Position numbers and translations under genes: made by a program. Below the pieces are notes generated by a model, which worked only from the letters and a program-made list of their open reading frames with translations, did no database searches and had not been told where the DNA came from. Positions 24,561-42,214 of a stretch of DNA of 64,000 nucleotides are shown in pieces; position 1 is the first letter of the stretch, and every line of letters begins with the position of its first letter. This stretch comes from Neoechinorhynchus agilis (lineage: Eukaryota; Animalia; Acanthocephala), in NCBI GenBank assembly GCA_051530055.1, contig CM121341.1, positions 5,434,784 through 5,498,783 on the forward strand. The letters run 5' to 3'.

Positions 24561-24956
24561 GGCGATAAATTTTCGTTAAGTGGACGAAGGCGAGGTTTAA
24601 AACATTTTTCCATGATTTATGAAAGAGCGGGTAGAATGGATATTAAACGGAATGATTCGGTGGAAATCGGATGCCTTTTTTGGAAGAAGGATAACTTGGG
24701 CAGTTTTCGGGCATGACAAGTAGATGCCATTTAAAAAGCTGAGGTTCACGCTGTGGGTAAGTCAATGAGTTCGGGGATGATGTAGCGAAGAGCCCAGTTT
24801 GGGATTTCGGATTAAGAGGAAAAATTTCGAGGTAATTTCTGATAAATAATAGATTGAAACAAAAGCAATAAAGATCGGTATTTTTAGAAAACACGACAAT
24901 GTTGAAAGCGCTACAAGATTTGATCATCCCACAATTCGCTACTTTCCACGGGGTTT

Positions 24957-25580
24957 TCAGACGACAAGTCGATAAGTAACGTACCGTCCGGCCGTTTCTG
25001 AATTTCGAATAATCCGCACAAGAACTCCTCGTTGAAGACCGAAATAACGTGCGACGGGATCAGAAGTCAACATTCTTGGCAGTTGATTTTCACGCACCAT
25101 GTATTTTGACAAGACGGATTGTTTTTCTTCTTCACTGAGTACCACATGAACCGGTACGAGCTCGTGTTCAGTTACATTTATGACCAATTCCCGATCCAAG
25201 AAATGTTCAAACCGAACATCGTTAGAGTCCTGACTTATGAACTGTTTCGCTGATGGTGTCAGAGCGCCTTTTGATATTATAATGCAATGCTTGCACTTTT
25301 CCTTCTCTAGCTGACCCATTGTATTCTTCAGAAAGCCAGTTCCGATCTTTTCCTCGTCGGCAAAGCTTACAAGAAGAGTATCCGTACCAGAATCTTTGGT
25401 AACAAAAATACTCAGCTCCGAGCGTTTGATTGTTTCATCCGGTGCAGAGAATTTAGCCAGGAAATCTTCAAAAGACTCATCGAGCTCATCTTGAGAAACG
25501 TAGTAGCCACGATCATGGCAGAGTTGAACTGCAGTCTTGCGAACGCGGTACATTATCCAAGCCTCGTTCGATTGAGCCAT
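24957..25580 (-). CDS. POLR2E: RPB5 copy C (intact, more ancestral-like sequence)
   Basis: 207-aa ORF retaining QLCHDRGY, RENQLPR and YRLV; 13 amino-acid differences from copy A. Confidence 0.95.
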   Translation of the reverse strand: MAQSNEAWIMYRVRKTAVQLCHDRGYYVSQDELDESFEDFLAKFSAPDETIKRSELSIFVTKDSGTDTLLVSFADEEKIGTGFLKNTMGQLEKEKCKHCIIISKGALTPSAKQFISQDSNDVRFEHFLDRELVINVTEHELVPVHVVLSEEEKQSVLSKYMVRENQLPRMLTSDPVARYFGLQRGVLVRIIRNSETAGRYVTYRLVV

Positions 25581-25834
25581 CTAAAAAGAGAGAGAAAATC
25601 CCATATTGACGCAGGATCCAATATGGAGAATGCTTCCAATTCGCGAAATTGTTTAAAAAGTAACGAAAACGACCATCGATCTTATATAGCAATAAAATTC
25701 ATCATTTGAAAGAGCTTACGAATGATCGATTCTACGTTTTTATTCTCGAACCGTAAACACCTTATGAGAGGTTTTCGAAAGCGCAAACGTCGGCACATAA
25801 AAAATGCTTTCCATGAAAAACCAACGATGTTAGA

Positions 25835-27875
25835 ACCTAAAATAGATGGTAAAGCAATAAAACAGCACTTAAATCCAAGGGAATTTGCAAGAGCGAATAA
25901 ATAGATTTGCGGTACAAAAGAATTTCCGAACCAAGTCAAAGGAAAACAAATAAATATTTCATTTTTGTTTTAAAGTAGTTTTCTATCATACGAATGATCG
26001 ATTCCTCTCTTTTTTCGCTCAGATTCACACGAATTCCTAGAGACGAAAAATAGATGGTAAAGCAATAAAACAGCTCTTAAATCCAAGGGAATTTGCAAGA
26101 GCGAATAAATAGATTTGCGGTACAAAAGAATTTCCGAACCAAGTCAAAGGAAAACAAATAAATATTTCATTTTTGTTTTAAAGTAGTTTTCTATCATACA
26201 AATTATCGATTCCTCTCTTTTTTCGCTCAGATTCACACGAATTCCTAGAGACGAAAAATAGATGGTAAAGCAATAAAACAGCTCTTAAATCCAAGGGAAT
26301 TTGCAAGAGCGAATAAATAGATTTGCGGTACAAAAGAATTCCCGTACCAAGTCAAAGGAAAACAAATAAATATTTCATTTTTGTTTTAAAGTAGTTTTCT
26401 ATCATACAAATTATCGATTCCTCTCTTTTTTCGCTCAGATTCACACGAATTCCTAGAGACGAAAAATAGATGGTAAAGCAATAAAACAGCTCTTAAATCC
26501 AAGGGAATTTGCAAGAGCGAATAAATAGATTTGCGGTACAAAAGAATTCCCGAACCAAGTCAAAGGAAAACAAATAAATATTTCATTTTTGTTTTAAAGT
26601 AGTTTTCTATCATACGAATGATCGATTCCTCTCTTTTTTCGCTCAGATTCACACGAATTCCTAGGGACGAAAAATAGGTGGTAAAGCAATAAAACAGCTC
26701 TTAAATCCAAGGGAATTTGCAAGAGCGCATAAATTGATTTGCGGTACAAAAGAATTCCCGTACCAAGTCAAAGGAAAACAAATAAATATTTCATTTTTGT
26801 TTTAAAGTAGTTTTCTATCATACGAATTATCGATTCCTCTCTTTTTTCGCTCAGATTCACACGAATTCCTAGAGACGAAAAATAGATGGTAAAGCAATAA
26901 AACAGCTCTTAAATCCAAGGGAATTTGCAAGAGCGGATAAATAGATTTGCGGTACAAAAGAATTTCCGAACCAAGTCAAAGGAAAACAAATAGATATTTC
27001 ATTTTTGTTTTAAAGTAGTTTTCTATCATACGAATGTTCGATTCCTCTCTTTTTTCGCTCAGATTCACACGAATTCCTAGGGTCGAAAAATACGTGGTAA
27101 AGCAACAAAACAGCTCTTAAATCCAAGGGAATTTGCAAGAGCGAATAAATAGATTTGCGGTACAAAAGAATTTCCGAACCAAGTCAAAGGAAAACAAATA
27201 AATATTTCATTTTTGTTTTAAAGTAGTTTTCTATCATACGAATGTTCGATTCCTCTCTTTTTTCGCTCAGATTCACACGAATTCCTAGGGTCGAAAAATA
27301 CGTGGTAAAGCAACAAAACAGCTCTTAAATCCAAGGGAATTTGCAAGAGCGAATAAATGGATTTGCGGTACAAAAGAATTTCGGAACCAAGTCAAAAGAA
27401 AACAAATGGATATTTCATTTTTGTTTTAAAGTAGTTTTCTATCATACGAATGTTCGATTCCTCTCTTTTTTCGCTCAGATTCACACGAATTCCTAGGGTC
27501 GAAAAATACGTAAAGCAAAAAACAGCTCTTAAATCCAAGGGAATTTGCAAGAGCGCATAAATTGATTTGCGGTACAAAAGAATTTCCGAACTATGTCAAA
27601 AGAAAACAAATAAATATTTCATTTTTGTTTTAAAGTAGTTTTCTATCATACGAACGATCGATTCCTCTCTTTTTTCGCTCAGATTCACGAATTCCTAGAG
27701 ACGAAGAATAGGTGGTAAAGCAATAAAACAGCTCTTAAATCCAAGGGAATTTGCAAGAGCGCACGGATAGGTTTTCGGCACAGGAGAATTTCCGAGCCAA
27801 GCCAAAGGAAAATAAATAAATGTTTTATTTCGCTTTAAAGTTGTTCTCAATCGTATGAATGATTGATTCTCCTCT
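25835..27875. repeat. 208-bp tandem satellite (~10 units) immediately upstream of RPB5 copy C
   Basis: CGATTCCTCTC recurs at 25999, 26207, 26415 and onward; diverged homologous units lie at the palindrome centre (19360-19950). Confidence 0.94.
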
Positions 27876-28269
27876 CCTCGCTTCGCTCGGAACCTGGATG
27901 CTAGACAACAATGTGAAGACGGAAACTTGCCCGCCCAAAACGAGCCATCAAAGCAACCGCCAGAAGATTCTGATAATTCGTAGGCTCAGTTCTCAAAGAA
28001 AATTTCGACTGAATATAGGCAGCGAACTGCGTTCATATCGCCTCGCTACTGACGACGACGCCTTGAACGCGCCACTAATCGATTGCGCTCCACCCAAGAA
28101 GACCAACGCTGCTAGGCTCCAACGCATTTCTACTGATGTGTGTTTTGCTTGCAGTAAGTCTTTTTAATTAACCAATTTGGGGGTAATTTTTGCACAAGGT
28201 TCCCGGGATCTCCGCTGTTGCGGATCTGGTTCTCAACCACAATCAACCGATCTGTTTATGGCTGGGACC

Positions 28270-30460
28270 TCTCAGATCACCACTGACTCCTTTTCGATAC
28301 CTGATATCGTACGGGTTCTGCTCAGGAACGTCCTTAAACGGACCCCTAAGGGCGCACGATATCAGATCGCCAAAGCATTTACGGGATTGCTCAACGTTTG
28401 CCTCCAAAAGAACTGCACGCCACCATGGACACGGCTCTTCGCATTCCCGCGCTTAGTCCTTTGCACCAGTGATGATTCCGGGGTGTCTTTCACAACAACA
28501 ATCAGGGAAAGGGTGGCCACCTTCCAGCAGATATTTAACAATTTCAAAATGAAATTTCGCGAGGTTCGTAAGGGACGCACGAAGAAAGAGTTTCGTTGCC
28601 GTTTTTCTAAGCAATCCCAGACTGTACGTGTTTCTTCAAAACTTGCGGACGGAGAATTGTCATCCTCCGACAGTTTTGCACAAGGAAACAACGCGACACA
28701 ACAAATACTCCGGTCAAAACACCCATGCAGTAGCGGCAGTTTTGAAATTCCACCTCGTCCTATACAAGACAGGACACCCATTCAAATTTCAGAGTTAAAA
28801 AGGCCATTTCATCTTTTGCAAATGATTCAGGCCATGGGCTTGGCGGGCTAAGGCCTCAGCACCTAAAGGACATGATGTCCTTTGCAACTGGTGAAGCACC
28901 TCTCCCTCTAAGTCGACCGCCTGACTTTAGAGGATTTGAATCCAGTTGCAAAAGACCTATTTTTCGGAGCATCATTATGTGCCCTCACAAAAAAAGAAGG
29001 TGCGATTCGTCCCATCGCCGTATCTTCGACGATACGCCGACTTGCAGGAAAAATTCTCTGCAAACGTATCACAGAAAAAACCGGGCTGCAACTTCGCCCA
29101 TTCAAACTAAGTTGCTGCACATCCAGCGCTACGGAACCTATTGTCCACGCGCTCCGAAACTTTGCTACGAGGAGTTCAGACCCGTGCGTGATTCTTAAGT
29201 GTGATTTTCAAAATGCCTTTAACTCTCTTAATAGAGAAATCATGTTTTGCGCAATTAGGGATCACGCACCAGAAGCCTTCCAGTAGTTTCTCAATGCCTA
29301 CGGGACCGCTACAGACCATCTCATTTGGTCCCAAAGAGGAGTGCAGCAAGGAGATCCTCTCGGTCCAATCGCATTCTCCCTAACAGTAAATCCAATAGCG
29401 CACTCTCTCCATTGCAGCTTCAACGCTTGGTACTTAGATGACGCTACACTCGGAGGTGATCTCCCGTTGTACTCCGCGATTTGGAGACCTCGAGAATGTG
29501 CATTGAGCTCAATATTAAAAAGTGTGGGCTCCAAGTATTAAATATCGAAGACGCCGCCGAAGTCAAGGAGCTAATGGGTGGGTTCGAGGCCGTAGCTCCA
29601 GGTCTGAAACTCGTGACTCGGGAGCAACTCAATATTCTGGGTAGTTGCGTCCTTGATTCAAATGTGGAAGCTGAGATCGGCAGTATCATACCGAAACTTT
29701 CGTTGCTGTGCGATAGTGTGAGCGCTCTCTCGGCTCACGAAGCGTTATTTCTGATAAAGAACGCACTCTTTATTTCAAAATTGTTATATAAGGTCCGCAC
29801 AGCAACATTCCTCAAACATAAGGAAGGATTGGCTAAGCTAGGCGACAAGGTGAGGGCTTGTCTCAAGCGTATTTTAGATGTCCAGTTCTCAGATGAAGCG
29901 TGGCGACAAGCTTCCTTGCCTATGTCATCTGGGGATTGGGCATTTGGGCGCTAGTAGACCTTGCTTTGCCGGCCTTTCGTAGATCGTATGAGGGGAATCA
30001 ACCGATAGCGAAGATAATTCTGAGGGGAAAGCTTTGTCTTGACCAAGACTTTGTGGTGGCAGTTGAAGAATGGTGCCAGCGTACAGGCGCTAACCATGTT
30101 CCCGTGAATGGCCTCAGACAGTCAATCTGGGGCAGACCTCTCGTCGCGAGAGCTCACAACTCTCTACTTTCAGGTTCCCGCGATGTGGTTGTCCGAGCAA
30201 GATTGTTCGCAGTTTCGACACGAGAATCGGGGGCGTGGTTGGAAGCTGTTCCTCTGGCATCTGTGGGATCTCCTCTCGCTGATCAGGTAACGATGAGCGC
30301 AGTGTCCTTGAGACTTGGTCTCCCGATATGCACGCCCCATCGCTGTCGATGTGGGTCTTTGGTAGATGTGCCGAAATTCAAAGGGGAGGTTCTCATGCCA
30401 TTCTGAGATCAACGGCGTAATTTCTCGGGCGTTGAGAACGGCGAACTTCCCCGACATCTT
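28270..30460 (+). mobile_element. Decayed CRE-clade non-LTR retrotransposon, longest copy
   Basis: VLKRTPKGARYQIAKAF..WTRLFAFP, GLRPQHLKDM, GAIRPIAVSSTIRRLAGK, LKCDFQNAFNSLNR, QQGDPLGP, AWYLDDATLGG and LRLGLPICTPHRCRCG. Confidence 0.85.
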
Positions 30461-30679
30461 CGGCTGCACAAGACCGATAGCAGAAAACACTGTAATCCAC
30501 AACTCTGATTCGTCAACACTAATCTTAAAACCATGCAAAATCTAAGTTGCAAATATGAAAAACCGGATGTTGTGGTTGCGCGTTGACATTGTACTTGTGA
30601 GTGTGCATGTGGTCGGTGTGTTGCTAAATAAAGGTTTTGATCATGGCCAACGGAGGAACGACAACACATATAAAAGATT

Positions 30680-31370
30680 TTACACCAATCACAAACGCCC
30701 CCTGAATTTCTCTAAATGCTTCGAAATTATCCCCTCTCCTTGCAACCCCACATTTTCCCCTGAGCTTCTAAATGACATCCTACGAGTAACCTCCCTAAGA
30801 ATTCTGGGTATCTAATTTCAATCAAACTTGAAATGGAACCCGCACATCACTCTCTCCCTCAAGCCTAACGCCTTTAAAATTTATCTCCTCGAACGCCTCC
30901 GACATTTAGGAATCCCTTCACCCGATCTCTACAAATTTTACTTCTGCTTTATTTTACCGTCCCTCTCCTGCGGTTATCCCGCATTTTGCAGCGTATCCAA
31001 ATCTCTAATCCGCCGTCTTAAAATTCTTTATAAAAGAGCATCTAAAATTTTCACAGCTGACTTTTCTCAACTCGGAGAAGGGTAGAAGAGGAAATAGTTT
31101 ATTGAAGTTCCCTTGATACTATTTTCATAAAACAATCAAAACGCCTATCAACCCTTGAACCACAATTTCTACCATATATCGCTCCCTTTATACACGAGCA
31201 CAACACTCGTAATCCTAATTCGTTTCATGCCCAATCTTCTCGGATATCAGAACTTGAAATGAACCAAAGGAAAGAAAAACCTAACAAGCGGTCCTGTAAA
31301 CAATAAACAATAATTCCCACCAGAACGGACCTTCCAACCCGACAGGATATTCTCGAACGAACGGACACAT
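30680..31370 (+). mobile_element. CR1/L2-like LINE 3' fragment
   Basis: LKWNPHI..IYLLERLRHLGIPSPDL..ILPSLSCGYPAF; same family as 23620-24560 and 61100-61745. Confidence 0.75.
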
Positions 31371-31379
31371 CCTCACCTG

Positions 31380-32040
31380 AACTGGAGTCGTGGGGAAAAA
31401 GGAGCGAAGGTAGACATTTGTGCGAGGAACTGAAGGATGGAAAATGTTGGGGCGACGCGAGTGTTGTAATTGTGAGTAAAAGTAGAAATGTGTGATAGAA
31501 ATTGAAGAGGAGGAAGAGAATGAAAGCGCTTTGAGTTCTTTTGAAAGATTAGAGAGAGGTGTTTTTCTAAAGGCATGAATTTGGAGGAGCAGATTAGAGC
31601 GCGCCTCTTGTGAAATGTATTAAGTTTTTTGAATAGTTTAGAAGAAAAATTGCAGAGGGTTGGATATGCGTGAATGATAATCCAAGGAATCGAAGACGTT
31701 TAAGAAGATAGAGTTTAATAGACTCTTTTTGCAGCAAAATTAATATGTGCTTATCCCATTTTAGATTTTCTTGAAAATGAAGATCAAATATATGAACAGA
31801 AGAGACACGATTGATATCAGCATACAAAAAGTATTTGGAATAGGAAAAGGATGGAATAAGATCGTTCAGGAAAATGTTGAAAAGAATGGGGGAGAGAACA
31901 GCCCCCCCCTTGTTGGTAGCTAAGGTGTTTGAGGCGATGCTCCCTATTTCGATAAATTGTAATCTATTGTTAAGAACGGATTTCAACCATTTGATTTGCC
32001 AGGCGGCAAAACCAAATTTAGAGCACATTACCCGGATAGA
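31380..32040 (-). mobile_element. Second CR1/L2-like LINE fragment with internal deletions, tail-to-tail with the preceding fragment
   Basis: WLKSVLNNRLQF, GAVLSPILFNIFLNDL, FLYAD, LKWDKHI and LYLLKRLRFLG. Confidence 0.72.
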
Positions 32041-32377
32041 GCGGTTGAACGAATAATTTATATCGACCGGTGCTTTGAAGCACTCCGATTTTTCTTAGAC
32101 GATTAACATTGGAATATTTTTCACAATTCTAGAATTTCCTCTAAAAAACAAACGCCTTAGTCCAAATAAATTGCTTTTTGTTAATGGGTGAAAACGAAGT
32201 GCTAGTGTCTTTGCCGTCAGGGCAAAGCTGAAGCTCCGGTGCGGTTCACAAAGACACAACTATTCCTAAACTCATTTTAAGTTACGAAATTTAAAACTGA
32301 ACAAATCTCGGCTATTTTCGTTTTTAAAACGAAAATTCCCCGAGATCGAGTTTAAACTCTTATTTTTGGAATTCTAT

Positions 32378-37989
<5,612 letters not shown>

Positions 37990-38312
37990 TGGATTCGTGA
38001 TAACCAGAAGGATTTCTATAAACTTTTCTAAACGCAACAAAAGTTAAGAAACTGCTTTGAATCTTCTTTGCGTATCTGGCGTTATGTTTCGCCTTAAGGA
38101 TTGATACATCGTCATTAGTTTGATGTGGTTCATACCTTCATCTCGAATGCTTGAGCAACAATAGAAATTCACTTGTTTCAAAACAACATTTGAAACAGAT
38201 ATTTTCAAAACAAAATGTTTTTAAAAGTTTGGTCAAATCTAAACATTAAGAAAATTCATTAGAGACTTGATGATAAAATGATGAACAAACTGGCACTTGG
38301 AAGCTCAGCAAA

Positions 38313-38585
38313 ATGGAATGGCGACAATTGCTCCAGTTCTGTACCAGGTACACGAACTTTGAGTTTGAGAACTACGACCACATTGATGCGCCTGCACTGG
38401 CAGAGCTCTATATGGAGAAATGGGACAAGGATCATATCGCCACAATTGCTGGAATAAATCTTTCACTCAAAAGAGTTGATATCTTGATGAAGCGGTCAAT
38501 ATTTTCTGAGGATAAATTTGGTGATCTTCTAAACACGAAGGACCGATACATACAATGTAACGCAGAAATGGAGAAAGCACCGTAG
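38313..38585 (+). CDS. Hypothetical 90-aa ORF, weakly reminiscent of a death-fold domain
   Basis: ATG-initiated ORF with a helical pattern (DAPALAELYMEKWDKDHIA); no firm homology. Confidence 0.25.
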   Translation: MEWRQLLQFCTRYTNFEFENYDHIDAPALAELYMEKWDKDHIATIAGINLSLKRVDILMKRSIFSEDKFGDLLNTKDRYIQCNAEMEKAP

Positions 38586-39263
38586 CTTTTCTGGATGTTT
38601 TCTTAAGACGACAAAACTCAAGTTATAGGACCACAGTGTCCTCTGCCCAGTCAATATCCTACAAAGTAGTGAGGATCGGAGAGCATTTCGATATTGGTCT
38701 GATCAGAATGTCCTATACCATGAACTAAGGAAGGATTATCCGAGTAGCAAGATAGCTCGATGTATTCGGGACGAGCGCTATGACGAACCTAAAGAACCGG
38801 TTTTCTTTTTGGAAGTTCCATTTCAATGTAACTCCGATGTAAACCGAATCCTGAAGTCGGACAAGAGCCAGAAATTGTCCAGCATTGTTAATCCGTTAGC
38901 CGATTCCATCTCGGAAGGATGCGCCTGTAAGGACTGCCCAAAGGTCTACAAATTGGGCACAATAATCATCTAAACGCTGTTAAACAAGGAAACGGACCAA
39001 AGTCCTAACATCGAATCGTGAGATTGATTTTGACAATGAGGACACCAAGTGAGCGAATTGACTTTAGAGATACATTCCAGTCAAATAAGGCGGATTATAG
39101 GTCAAAACTCAGGATAGAGCACCCTGATCTAGGGACGAAATATTGGGAATTGATAAATCAATATCTACTCTTCTCATATTGGACGATTTTACTATTCTTG
39201 TAAGACAGTGAATAGCAAAATAATATCAATTATCAAATTCATTTATGAAGTACAGGAGACATT

Positions 39264-41304
39264 AATCTACGCATGAAAAATATACTTTCAATGTTTAAGA
39301 CTGTGTGTATTGAAGTCTGCGTGAGCGATCAAAACTAAAAAATTTCATTCAGAAAACGCAAATGTAAAATTTATCGATGCAAGCAACATTACGAAAATAT
39401 TCGTGTTGTAAACAACTTTTGTTTCCTATTTTTGACAATATATTTCTATTCCAGATTTATTATCGAACGGAAAATGGGTGTTTTATTTGTTTATTGCTTC
39501 AAATTTTCGACGCCTTGCGTCTTCGTCAGGAAGCTTTTCTTCGGTTATCTGAAAAGGAATCAGAGGAGGGCAACGCTGTCCGTCAGCTCATCCCTTTTAT
39601 TGAGCATCTCCTCTGCCTCGTTGTGTCCGTCCTTGCTGCTCGTAACCCCACTCAATTCGTTCCAAGCATCCTGTTGAACACAACGAGCGCAGTTCCTCCC
39701 TATAGGGGATAGAAGCCAAACTTATTCATCTTAATTTTAAATTCCATTCGTGAAATAAAGAGGAAATTTCGAATACTCGAGGTGCATTGAGATATTAGTT
39801 CCACGGTAAAAGTGGGAAATATTTTTATATGCAGAGACGATGACTTTGTCGGGGCAAGATTCAATTATGCATTCATTTCATGAATCTACGCATGAAAAAT
39901 ATACTTTCAATGTTTAAGACTGTGTGTATTGAAGTCTGCGTGAGCGATCAAAACTAAAAAATTTCATTCAGAAAACGCAAATGTAAAATTTATCGATGCA
40001 AGCAACATTACGAAAATATTCGTGTTGTAAACAACTTTTGTTTCCTATTTTTGACAATATATTTCTATTCCAGATTTATTATCGAACGGAAAATGGGTGT
40101 TTTATTTGTTTATTGCTTCAAATTTTCGACGCCTTGCGTCTTCGTCAGGAAGCTTTTCTTCGGTTATCTGAAAAGGAATCAGAGGAGGGCAACGCTGTCC
40201 GTCAGCTCATCCCTTTTATTGAGCATCTCCTCTGCCTCGTTGTGTCCGTCCTTGCTGCTCGTAACCCCACTCAATTCGTTCCAAGCATCCTGTTGAACAC
40301 AACGAGCGCAGTTCCTCCCTATAGGGGATAGAAGCCAAACTTATTCATCTTAATTTTAAATTCCATTCGTGAAATAAAGAGGAAATTTCGAATACTCGAG
40401 GTGCATTGAGATATTAGTTCCACGGTAAAAGTGGGAAATATTTTTATATGCAGAGACGATGACTTTGTCGAGGCTAAGATTCAATTATGCATTCATTTCA
40501 TGAATCTACGCATGAAAAATATACTTTCAATGTTTAAGACTGTGTGTATTGAAGTCTGCGTGAGCGATCAAAACTAAAAAATTTCATTCAGAAAACGCAA
40601 ATGTAAAATTTATCGATGCAAGCAACATTACGAAAATATTCGTGATGTAAACAACTTTTGTTTCCTATTTTTGACAATATATTTCTATTCCAGATTTATT
40701 ATCGAACGGAAAATGGGTGTTTTATTTGTTTATTGCTTCAAATTTTCGACGCCTTGCGTCTTCGTCAGGAAGCTTTTCTTCGGTTATCTGAAAAGGAATC
40801 AGAGGAGGGCAACGCTGTCCGTCAGCTCATCCCTTTTATTGAGCATCTCCTCTGCCTCGTTGTGTCCGTCCTTGCTGCTCGTAACCCCACTCAATTCGTT
40901 CCAAGCATCCTGTTGAACACAACGAGCGCAGTTCCTCCCTATAGGGGATAGAAGCCAAACTTATTCATCTTAATTTTAAATTCCATTCGTGAAATAAAGA
41001 GGAAATTTCGAATACTCGAGGTGCATTGAGATATTAGTTCCACGGTAAAAGTGGGAAATATTTTTATATGCAGAGACGATGACTTTGTCGGGGCTAAGAT
41101 TCAATTATGCATTCATTTCATGAATCTACGCATGAAAAATATACTTTCAATGTTTAAGACTGTGTGTATTGAAGTCTGCGTGAGCGATCAAAACTAAAAA
41201 ATTTCATTCGGAAAACGCAAATGTAAAATTTATCGATGCAAGCAACATTACGAAAATATTCGTGTTGTAAACAACTTTTGTTTCCTATTTTTGACAATAT
41301 ATTT
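39264..41304. repeat. 619-620-bp tandem repeat (~3.3 nearly identical units) with a GC-richer core
   Basis: Identical ORFs at 39377 and 39996, and again near 40616; the array starts and ends mid-unit. Confidence 0.95.
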
Positions 41305-42214
41305 TCGTATTTTTTTTGTTGGAAAAGAGCAATGAACACCACTTATATTATCGTGCTTTTCGGTCGGTTATAAATGTTACATCGAAACAGAATAAAATTA
41401 AAACTTAGGTCTGATTTTCAATTCGTGCATTGTAACATCCAGAAAAGAATATCCTTACACTGTATCAACAGGTCTAAAATGTGAAATTGAATGTGTTGGT
41501 CAAAAAAGAAGGGAAGGACTTAACATCCGCCAAGCAACAACTCAATGCAACAAATTGTGTGCAGCACAACAAAATCAACCTTTGGCCAAAACCCGGTGCC
41601 GAATCCGGACCAAATATAGAAGACCAAAAGAATAAGGAGACGAGCTGAAACGAAATTTTGTAGCCTTAAAAAACAGAAAAGAATATTTTTAGCGTTCTTT
41701 TGCACGCAGCCTGTCTTTGGCTAAATCTCTCTCTCGTTTGTCCACAAAAATGATGATTTCAATTCCTTTTCATCATAAAATCCAATAACTCAATGCGTAT
41801 TACAGTTCAACTTTTAATTTAAAGAAACGTGGATTATTTCAACGCAAAAATGCTGATTTCAATTATTCATACACCAAATTTTCCGGAATGCGCTCGTTGA
41901 AATAGACACAATCGCCAGCATCTAAGCACGAAGATGAACTATCAGTCTTGTTCCATTATCTTGTATTTTTCAGTGGTATGCCAAAACCGATTATCTATTT
42001 AAATGCTTTCAGAGTTTTCTTACGATGAATCAAAGTTCTAATTTGAATACCTCGCGACAAAAACCCTTGATTATTCTTTATAACTAGGGAAAATTACAGC
42101 TTCTTGCATTGGTCAACTCGTTTTTCATTACAAAAAAGTTAAATTGTCTTCACAAATGGCATCCTCATTTCCAAAAGCTAAGGATTGCAACCTTAAGGCT
42201 TTGGGAACACATTC

